Positions 56,586 to 64,000 of a DNA stretch of 64,000 nt are shown here, in pieces. Origin of the DNA: Alphaproteobacteria bacterium (lineage in GTDB: Bacteria; Pseudomonadota; Alphaproteobacteria; SP197). Made by a program: the position numbers and the translations under genes. The notes under the pieces were generated by a model. That model did not search any database. It saw only the letters and a list, made by a program, of their open reading frames with translations, and was not told the origin of the DNA. Positions within the stretch are counted from its first letter, which is position 1, and every line of letters starts with the position of its first letter. The stretch lies in assembly GCA_965228895.1 (NCBI GenBank), contig OZ245842.1:3296001-3360000 (forward strand), read 5' to 3'.

Positions 56586-57794
56586 ATGGGTTCGACCACG
56601 TCCGATGTCGTGATTACCGCTGATGCCCATGTCGGCGAGCCCGAGGCATTGCGCCGGCGCATGCCGAAATCCTATCGCGACCGGATGCCCAGGCTGGTCA
56701 GGCTCAAGGACGGCAATGTCACGTTCCCCGCCAACGGCGAGAAACCCAACAAACGCCGTAAGCGTCGCAAGCCGACACCCGAAGACATGATGCGCGAGTT
56801 TCGCGACGATCCCTCTGAAGGCACCGATCTCGACCGGCGCCTGCACGACATGGCGCTGGAAGGCGTCGACGGTCAGGTGATCTTTCCGAATGTCGGACTG
56901 GCGTGCTCTCTGGGCGACGAGCCCGCGGGCTATTATCACGCCTGGGCGCGCGCCTATAACGACTTCGTCTGGGACGTGTTCGGCACCGTCCATGACCGGT
57001 TCAAACCGGCCGCGATGCTGGCGGTCGACGATCCCAAGCGCATGATGGCCGAGGCCGAGCGTTGCCTGAAGCGGGGCTTCGCGTCGTTCTTCCTGCCGGC
57101 AACGGTGCCGTGGCAGCCCTATCGTATGCCGGTCTACGATCCCCTGTGGTCGCTTGCCGCCGAAGCTGATGTGCCCATCAACTTCCACATCTTTTCCGGC
57201 AACCTGGCGTTTCGCGGCGACTTCGCCAGCATCGCCGAGCTAAGCCCCGGCCGCTACCGCAAGGCGCGCGCGGTGAGCGCCGAGGAGGACAAAAACAACA
57301 TGCCGGAGATGGTCGGTATCTCCGTCGTCGGCATGGCCGCCGGCATGTCGCCGATCGTCGAACTGTGCGGTTCCGGCGTTCTTCAGCGTCACCCCGACCT
57401 CAAGTTCGTCATCACGGAGTCCGAATGCGGCTGGCTCGCCTGGGTTCTCCACGCCATGGATCAGATGCAGGAGCGTCGCTATCTCGGCATGTTGGAGCTT
57501 GACCTGAAACCCAGCGAGTACTTCCACCGCCAGGGCTTCGTTTCAATCAGCGACGATCCGATCGCGCTGCACAACGTTGCGTTCACCGGCACCGACTGCC
57601 TGCTCTGGGGCAACGATTATCCGCACGACGAGGGCATCTTTCCACACGGCAAAAGGCCGATCGCGGAAATCCGCGACAAGCTGACAAGAAAACAAGCTCA
57701 CGACATTTTGTGCGGCAATGCCGCGCGCCTTTACGGCTTCGACCTCAAGAAACTCGCCGCCACCCGTGACGAGGTTACCTGTCAACGCCACTAA
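56586..57794 (+). CDS. Amidohydrolase_2 family metallohydrolase
   Basis: ADAH, RAYND, NFH, WGNDYPHDEG. Confidence 0.88.
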   Translation: MGSTTSDVVITADAHVGEPEALRRRMPKSYRDRMPRLVRLKDGNVTFPANGEKPNKRRKRRKPTPEDMMREFRDDPSEGTDLDRRLHDMALEGVDGQVIFPNVGLACSLGDEPAGYYHAWARAYNDFVWDVFGTVHDRFKPAAMLAVDDPKRMMAEAERCLKRGFASFFLPATVPWQPYRMPVYDPLWSLAAEADVPINFHIFSGNLAFRGDFASIAELSPGRYRKARAVSAEEDKNNMPEMVGISVVGMAAGMSPIVELCGSGVLQRHPDLKFVITESECGWLAWVLHAMDQMQERRYLGMLELDLKPSEYFHRQGFVSISDDPIALHNVAFTGTDCLLWGNDYPHDEGIFPHGKRPIAEIRDKLTRKQAHDILCGNAARLYGFDLKKLAATRDEVTCQRH

Positions 57795-57946
57795 ACGATC
57801 ACCCAAACGTTGACGGCCTTCGTTTGACCATACTTTTCCTAAAGGAGAACGCTACCGACCCCGAACACGCCACAAAGGCACCCTAATTCTGAGCCCTTGT
57901 GGCACATCAAAAAACAACCGGCAAAGTCCGGTTCAGGAGGTTTCGT

Positions 57947-59089
57947 ATGTACAGAAAGTCTAAAGCGACCCGTCTGGTCGATGATCTCATCAGCGGCGAC
58001 ATCTCGCGCCGCGATTTCCACAAGACCCTCGGCGCAGCGGGCCTGGGTCTCGCCGGCACCACGACCATGGCCGGTTCCGCCTTTGCGCAGAACACCAATC
58101 CCGCCGACCTCGTCGTCTTCGAGTGGGCCGGCTACGAACTGCCGGAGTTTTTCCCGGCCTATGTCGAGAAATTCGGCACCGAACCCACCTTCTCCTTGTT
58201 TGCCGAGGAAGAAGAAGCACTGCAGAAGCTGCGCTCCGGTTTTCCGACCGACATCTCGCATCCGTGCAGCGGCTCGGTCGCACGCTGGAACGATTCAGGC
58301 GCCCTTCGCCCGATCGATGTCTCCAAGATCGAAGCCTGGGACGATATCTTCCCGACGACCAAAGACATCCGCGGCGTTCAAATCAATGGCGAGTACTTCT
58401 TCATGCCGTGGGACTGGGGGAACAGCTCGATCCTCTATCGCCCCGACCTCCTGCCCCTGACGCCGGAAGAAGAGTCCTATGACGTTCTTCTGCGGCCCGA
58501 GCTGCAGGGCAAGATCGCCATGTTCGATTCGGTCGACTCCACGTTCGCCGTCGGCGGCCTGTTGTCCGGTGCCGAAGACATCTTCGCCATGACCGACGAG
58601 GAGATCGAGGCCGCGACCCAGATCGTGCGTCAGCTGCACGGCAACGTCCGCTACTACTGGGCCTCGCCGACCGAGTTCGAGCAATCCATGGCCGCTGGCG
58701 AAGTCGTCGCCGCGTGGTCGTGGAACAGCTCGATCATCGAACTCAAGAACCAGGGCATCGACGTCAAGTTCATGAACCCCAAGGAGGGCATCATGACCTG
58801 GATCTGCGGTTTCACCGTCATGACCTCGGGCGATTCCGCTGACGATCTGATCTACGACTACCTGAACGCGACCATGGACCCGCGCGCAGGCAAGTTTTTG
58901 ATCGAAGAGTACGGCTACGGTCATTCCAACGAGAAGACCTATGAGCTAATCGACGAAGAAGTCCTGGCTTCCCTCGGCATTCTCGATCCTGAGGCGCTGA
59001 TGGCTCAGGGCAATTTCTATGACGAGATCCCCGCCGACATCCGCGAGAAGATGATCAACAAGTTCGACGAAGTGAAGGCAGGCTTCTAG
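57947..59089 (+). CDS. Tat-exported PotD/PotF-like ABC substrate-binding protein
   Basis: SRRDF twin-Arg motif, EWAGY, PWDWG, PKEG...W. Confidence 0.88.
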   Translation: MYRKSKATRLVDDLISGDISRRDFHKTLGAAGLGLAGTTTMAGSAFAQNTNPADLVVFEWAGYELPEFFPAYVEKFGTEPTFSLFAEEEEALQKLRSGFPTDISHPCSGSVARWNDSGALRPIDVSKIEAWDDIFPTTKDIRGVQINGEYFFMPWDWGNSSILYRPDLLPLTPEEESYDVLLRPELQGKIAMFDSVDSTFAVGGLLSGAEDIFAMTDEEIEAATQIVRQLHGNVRYYWASPTEFEQSMAAGEVVAAWSWNSSIIELKNQGIDVKFMNPKEGIMTWICGFTVMTSGDSADDLIYDYLNATMDPRAGKFLIEEYGYGHSNEKTYELIDEEVLASLGILDPEALMAQGNFYDEIPADIREKMINKFDEVKAGF

Positions 59090-59115
59090 GCCAGCTCAAT
59101 CTCAAGACAAGACAT

Positions 59116-59151
59116 GCCGCCGGCGCCCACAAGCGCCGGCGGTTTTGCTTT
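59116..59151 (+). terminator. Intrinsic terminator
   Basis: GCCGCCGGCGC-ccacaa-GCGCCGGCGGT then TTTGCTTT. Confidence 0.75.
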
Positions 59152-59180
59152 GGATGCACACCTTAGAGGCGGTCGTCGAG

Positions 59181-59747
59181 TCAGCCGAACTTTGGCGGTG
59201 TCGGCAGGCCGTCTTCGATCTCGATATCGAAGGCGGTCACCATGTAACCCATGATCGCATAGAGGCCGCACAGGACGACGACCTCGACGACCCCGGCCTC
59301 GCCGTGGGCCGCGACAATGCGTTCTTGGATGTCTTCAGGAATCGACTGCTTCGCATCGATCGCGTCGACGGCCTGCAACACCGCGCGCGATGCGTCGGGC
59401 AGGCTCTCCGGCAGCTTGCCGATGGTCAGCTCATCGATGACGTCCTGGCTGATACCGGCCTGCTTGGCCGGGCGCTGGTGGTGCGACCACTCGTAGCCGA
59501 AACCCTGGCGCGACGCGTAACGCAGAATAGCAAGTTCGCGCACGTCATCGGGCAGGACCCCGTGAAAGCGAAGGTGTTCGCCAAGCTGCCCAGCCTTGGC
59601 CGCGACGCCCGGGTTGTTGAACATGCGCACATAGACTTCGGCCAGCCTGGCGCGGCCATCCGCATGGGACCGCGTTGAGGCCATGTGCTCGAAGATCTTG
59701 AGGTCGTCACCGGTCAGCGTTTCGGTGGGATCGGGAAGCTTCGCCAT
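59181..59747 (-). CDS. Carboxymuconolactone decarboxylase / AhpD-like protein
   Basis: RELAILR....YEWSHH...A..AG. Confidence 0.85.
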   Translation of the reverse strand: MAKLPDPTETLTGDDLKIFEHMASTRSHADGRARLAEVYVRMFNNPGVAAKAGQLGEHLRFHGVLPDDVRELAILRYASRQGFGYEWSHHQRPAKQAGISQDVIDELTIGKLPESLPDASRAVLQAVDAIDAKQSIPEDIQERIVAAHGEAGVVEVVVLCGLYAIMGYMVTAFDIEIEDGLPTPPKFG

Positions 59748-59851
59748 ACGCCATCAATCTCCCGTATCAGCGGGCATGAATGCCGGCGCCGCATCACGTA
59801 ATGCGTAGGGCGCCGGCAGGGTCGTATGAAACCGGCCGTGATGCCTGGCTG

Positions 59852-60082
59852 TTACTGGAACCGGCCCGAAATGTCGTCCCACAAGGCGCCGGTCGCCGCA
59901 CCCGCAGCACCACCGATCGCCGCGCCGACTGCCGGGCTTCCGGCCATCGCGCCGACGATGGTGCCGCCGACCGCGCCGACGGCGCCGCCAGTCAGCGCCT
60001 GCTGTTCCTGGCGTGACAGATCCGAACATCCGGCCGTTCCAAGGAAGACCACCGCGACAGCGGCAACACAGAACTTCTTCAT
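59852..60082 (-). CDS. Glycine-zipper lipoprotein
   Basis: Lipobox TAGC, GAxxGA repeats. Confidence 0.8.
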   Translation of the reverse strand: MKKFCVAAVAVVFLGTAGCSDLSRQEQQALTGGAVGAVGGTIVGAMAGSPAVGAAIGGAAGAATGALWDDISGRFQ

Positions 60083-60109
60083 GTTTCGATCCTCTCTTCT
60101 GACGCCGGC

Positions 60110-60487
60110 TTAGAGCGGCTGAACGGTATAGACACGCACCATGGTCGAGATGACCGGGCGGCCCGTATCGTCGGGATTGGCGATGTAATAGTCGGTCACG
60201 TCGACAGAGACTTCACCGATCGTGCGTCCCTTTACGGCGGCGATCAGATGCGGCACGAAGCTGCGTTCATCCGCCATCATGGTGTCGCCCTTGAGCTGGC
60301 GTTCAAACTCCAGCACATGCATGACGCCCGAGACGAAGGCGACACGCTGGCCCTCGTCCATCTGCTGCCAATGGGTGCCGTCCAGCACCATGAACTCCTG
60401 CGCCTCGGCCTTGTCCCCCGGCACGCCCGCCAGGGCCAGCCCCAGTGCCAACACCGTCGCCAGGCCAAATCGTCTCAACATCAACAT
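60110..60487 (-). CDS. Exported hypothetical protein
   Basis: Signal peptide, DG..W, YY.ANPD...RPV. Confidence 0.65.
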   Translation of the reverse strand: MLMLRRFGLATVLALGLALAGVPGDKAEAQEFMVLDGTHWQQMDEGQRVAFVSGVMHVLEFERQLKGDTMMADERSFVPHLIAAVKGRTIGEVSVDVTDYYIANPDDTGRPVISTMVRVYTVQPL

Positions 60488-60632
60488 CGCTCATCCCCAA
60501 TCTCGTTATCTCACCGGGGCTCGCAACGCCCGGTTGATGCCGACTCTAACACGCACCGCATGATGGCTTCCACCGCGTGTTGGAAAGAACGCAGCGCCAT
60601 GAGACAGTGCCCGCGCAACTGGGAGCCATACC

Positions 60633-61862
60633 ATGACCACAGGCGTTGGTGGATCGACGGCAGAGACCGAACTCGCCAAACTCACCTCGATGCGCGACGG
60701 CATCGCACCGATCACCGATGCGGAGTGCGCGGCGCGTATCGCCAAGGCGCAAGCGCTGATGGGCGAGGCCGGGATCGATGCGCTCTATCTCGATGCGTCA
60801 ACCAGCCTCTACTATTTCACCGGCCTCCGCGTTCACGCCAGCGAACGGTTGACCGGCGCGGTGCTGCCGGCTGACGGCGACATCGCCTATGTCGTTCCGG
60901 CGTTCGAGGAAGCGGCGATTCTGGAAATGCTGCCCTCAGCCGGCGACATCCGCGGTTGGCAGGAGCATGAGGACCCGACCGCGCTGGTCATCGACACCCT
61001 GCGCGACATGGGCGCGGCCAGCGGCACGTTGGCGGTCGACGAGACGACGCCCTTCTTCACCTTCGACGGCCTGCGCCGTGCCGGCAACTCCTTCGACTTC
61101 GTCAACGCCAGCCAGATCACCGCCACCTGCCGCATGATCAAGTCGGATGCGGAGATCGCGTTGATGCAGCGCGCCAAGGGTATGACGCTGGAAGTCCACA
61201 AGGCGGCCGCGCGGATTCTGCATGACGGCATCACGACGACAGAGGTCCAAGGGTTCATCGAAGAAGCGCACCGGCGCGTCGGCGTTGACGGACCGACCAC
61301 GTTCAACATTGTCTTGTTCGGCGAAGCCACCGCCTATCCTCACGGCGTGCCCTATGCGCAGACCTTGAAGGAAGGCGACATGGTGCTGATCGATATCGGC
61401 GCCACGGTCGAAGGCTACAACTCCGACATCACGCGCTCATATGTCCTCGGCGAACCGTCGGCGCGTGAGCGCGAAGTATGGGATGTCGAGAAAGCCGCCC
61501 AGGCAGCCGCCTTCGATGCCGCCCAGGTCGGCGCACCCTGCGGTTCGGTCGACGACGCCGCGCGCCGTGTCATCGAAGCCGCCGGCTTCGGCCCCGGCTA
61601 TGCGCTACCCGGCCTGCCCCACCGCACCGGTCACGGCGTCGGGCTCGACGTCCACGAGTGGACCTATCTGGTCAAAGACAACCCGACACCGCTTGAACCC
61701 GGCATGTGTTTTTCTAACGAGCCGACGATCTGCATATACGGCGAGTTCGGCATCCGCCTGGAAGACCACTTCTATATGACCCCCGACGGCCCCCGCTGGT
61801 TTACCCAGCCGAGCCATTCCGTCGACGACCCCTTCGGTTACGAAGCGGCCGCCGACGGTTAA
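60633..61862 (+). CDS. Xaa-Pro dipeptidase (M24 family)
   Basis: PHG, DIG, SDITR, HRTGHGVGLDVHE, NEP, RLED. Confidence 0.92.
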   Translation: MTTGVGGSTAETELAKLTSMRDGIAPITDAECAARIAKAQALMGEAGIDALYLDASTSLYYFTGLRVHASERLTGAVLPADGDIAYVVPAFEEAAILEMLPSAGDIRGWQEHEDPTALVIDTLRDMGAASGTLAVDETTPFFTFDGLRRAGNSFDFVNASQITATCRMIKSDAEIALMQRAKGMTLEVHKAAARILHDGITTTEVQGFIEEAHRRVGVDGPTTFNIVLFGEATAYPHGVPYAQTLKEGDMVLIDIGATVEGYNSDITRSYVLGEPSAREREVWDVEKAAQAAAFDAAQVGAPCGSVDDAARRVIEAAGFGPGYALPGLPHRTGHGVGLDVHEWTYLVKDNPTPLEPGMCFSNEPTICIYGEFGIRLEDHFYMTPDGPRWFTQPSHSVDDPFGYEAAADG

Positions 61863-61880
61863 GGGCACCGACGCCCGGAC

Positions 61881-62963
61881 CTATTCGCCGTAATAGGCCT
61901 TGGTCTCCTGCCAGAGCTCCAGGTACTGCTCGCGCTTGCCATCGTCCATCGGTCTGCCGAAATGCAGACGATCGACGTTCTCCGGGTCTGTCAGGACCTG
62001 CCGGGTCATCGAATCCTCCGACAACGCGCCGACGGCGTCCTGGTTCGCCGTTACCGGCGCGCCGCCAGCCTCCGCCCAGTCGCCATAGAACTCGGCGCTG
62101 GTGAGATAATTGAGGAACGCATAAGCGGCATCCGGATTGGGCGCGTCAGCCGGAATGACAACCGCGTCACGCCAGGCCAGCGCGCCTTCTTCCGGCACGA
62201 TGAACGCGACGGGCTGGTCGAGGTTTTCCTTCGCCTTCTCCGTTGAGTCCGTCCACATGATCGAGACGTCGCACTGTCCGCCGCCAATCGCCTTCATCCA
62301 CTGGTCTTCCGACGACCAGAACATGGTGATCTGCGGTTTCAGCTCGCGCAGCTTCTCACGGATCGCATCCATATCGGACGGGTCATGAGGATCCTGGCCC
62401 AGGGCCAGGGCGGCGAATTGAACGGAGTCGACGGCATCGTCACGCCAGCACACGCGCCCGGCATGGGCGGGGTCCCACAGCACGTCGACCGAAGTAGGCG
62501 GTGTGTCGAACACGTCGGTGTTGTAGCTGATGCTGGTCGCGCCCCAGATCCATGCGACCGCGTAGAGTTCACCATCCTTGCTGAACTCAGGTGAGTCGCG
62601 CATAGCGGCGAACAGGCTGTCGAAGTTCTCCAGTTTGCTTTGGTCGATCGGCTGTATCAGCCCCTCGTTCGCGGCGTTCATGACATAGACCTCGTTGATG
62701 ATGCCGATGTCATAGGCGCCGGGATTGGTGCGCATCTTGGTGAACATTTCTTCGAACGACGTGTGGTAGTCGTGCACGACATCCGTGCCGTTCGCTTCCT
62801 TGAAGTGTTCGATGGCGAACGGTTGGTCTGTGCCCCAGCCGTTCCAGTTGATCACGTTGACCTCGTCGGCCGATGCCATGGTCACGCCTGCGACAACGCT
62901 GACAACGATCGCCGCCGCTGCGGTCCGCGCAGCACGGTAGGTGGTTTCGAAAACCGAATACAT
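61881..62963 (-). CDS. PotD/PotF-like ABC substrate-binding protein
   Basis: Signal peptide, INW.G, WG.TSI.YN, PEEGA..W.D. Confidence 0.88.
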   Translation of the reverse strand: MYSVFETTYRAARTAAAAIVVSVVAGVTMASADEVNVINWNGWGTDQPFAIEHFKEANGTDVVHDYHTSFEEMFTKMRTNPGAYDIGIINEVYVMNAANEGLIQPIDQSKLENFDSLFAAMRDSPEFSKDGELYAVAWIWGATSISYNTDVFDTPPTSVDVLWDPAHAGRVCWRDDAVDSVQFAALALGQDPHDPSDMDAIREKLRELKPQITMFWSSEDQWMKAIGGGQCDVSIMWTDSTEKAKENLDQPVAFIVPEEGALAWRDAVVIPADAPNPDAAYAFLNYLTSAEFYGDWAEAGGAPVTANQDAVGALSEDSMTRQVLTDPENVDRLHFGRPMDDGKREQYLELWQETKAYYGE

Positions 62964-63172
62964 GGTGCCTCCCCTCGTCGTTTCGGGCCCCGCACAATCG
63001 GGGGTCCCTTCGTGTCTCGTCGGACAAACGACGCCCGAGACAACCCTTGGAGTTGGTTGCCTCGTTCAATGCTTTGGCATGGCCGGCACCTTGTCAAGAA
63101 GTGTGACAGGTCTTGTGCAGCGCGCGGTCGGGCTGCTATCGATGGGCGGCCATCAGCAGGGGGCAACGCGCC

Positions 63173-64000
63173 ATGACACAGACCATTCCGCAAACCCCGT
63201 TCGCGTTGCTCTCCGGCAGTGCCGGTTGGGGCATCCGGTTTCCCGACGACCTCGAGGAACCGGGCGTCCGCGTCATCGAACGCGACATGAGCTTCGAGAC
63301 GCCGTGGGGCGCCGTCGATCACTGGCAGCTCATCGAGCTCGACGACAGGCTGACCGGCGGCGCGGGCACGCGCCAGATCCTCAACGTCTTCTCCCACGGC
63401 TGGCCCAACGAAGCGATCGACAACGGCGCCCACCGGCGCGTCGCCTGGGTGTTGCAGCAGGCCGGCGTCAAAAAGATCCTGGCCGACAGCACCTGCGGCT
63501 CGCTCAACAAGGCCGTCTGCCCCGGCGACTTCGTCATTCCCCGCGATATCCTGGACTTTTCGCAGACCCAGTATTCGCTGATGCCCGGCCGGCATCGTCA
63601 CATTCCGCTGGCGCAGCAACTGTTCTGCCCGGCGCTGGGCAAAACGCTTCAGGAAACGGCCACCGCGTCGTGGCCCACCTCGTCACGGGTCTATGGCCAC
63701 GGCACCGGCATCGTCGCCACGCACAACTGGGGACCGCGCTTCACCAGCCGCGCCGAAGCGCAAGCCTTTCGCCAGCTCGGCGGCGATGTCGTCAACCAGA
63801 GCATCGGACCGGAGGCAAGCGCGGCGCGCGAGATCGGCGCCTGCTTCATCAGCGCCAGTTATGTCGTCTGTTTCGAAGACGGCATCGCCGAGGAAACCGG
63901 CGACGGCGCCGCGATCGACGCGCTCCACGAAGATCTGGCGAAGGTCTCAACGCGCATCAGCCTGCATGCGCTGGCGCGTGCCACGGGCGATCAAACCTGC
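63173..64000 (+). CDS. MTAP/purine nucleoside phosphorylase family protein (runs off window end)
   Basis: Manual translation: SGSAG, FETPWG, TCGSLN...PGDFVIP, GPRFTSRAE, GDVVNQS..PE..AREIG. Confidence 0.85.
   Translation, partial: MTQTIPQTPFALLSGSAGWGIRFPDDLEEPGVRVIERDMSFETPWGAVDHWQLIELDDRLTGGAGTRQILNVFSHGWPNEAIDNGAHRRVAWVLQQAGVKKILADSTCGSLNKAVCPGDFVIPRDILDFSQTQYSLMPGRHRHIPLAQQLFCPALGKTLQETATASWPTSSRVYGHGTGIVATHNWGPRFTSRAEAQAFRQLGGDVVNQSIGPEASAAREIGACFISASYVVCFEDGIAEETGDGAAIDALHEDLAKVSTRISLHALARATGDQTC

Overview
GC-rich bacterial window that looks alphaproteobacterial (Rhodospirillales-like by gene content). It is an accessory-rich chromosomal stretch with about 60 CDS and no rRNA, tRNA, CRISPR array, integrase or transposase. 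Main blocks: a split alternate (CS1/ECP-like) chaperone-usher pilus locus around two tandem adenylate cyclase-TPR genes (0-11.4 kb); a c-di-GMP-I riboswitch before an orphan ParA; a quaternary-amine oxygenase cluster, in which a Bcr/CflA efflux gene follows an Ile/Val leader-peptide attenuator; an array of exported beta-lactamase-fold and dienelactone hydrolases (23-33.5 kb); doxDA next to a Coq4-motif gene; a compact phage-derived switch/replication module (CI-like repressor, matching operator-promoters, initiator with 4 iterons, two DUF6362-like paralogues) with no structural genes; a low-GC nucleotidyltransferase + unknown gene pair (defence/TA candidate); and assorted catabolic genes. All family calls come from reading motifs by eye, not from database searches.
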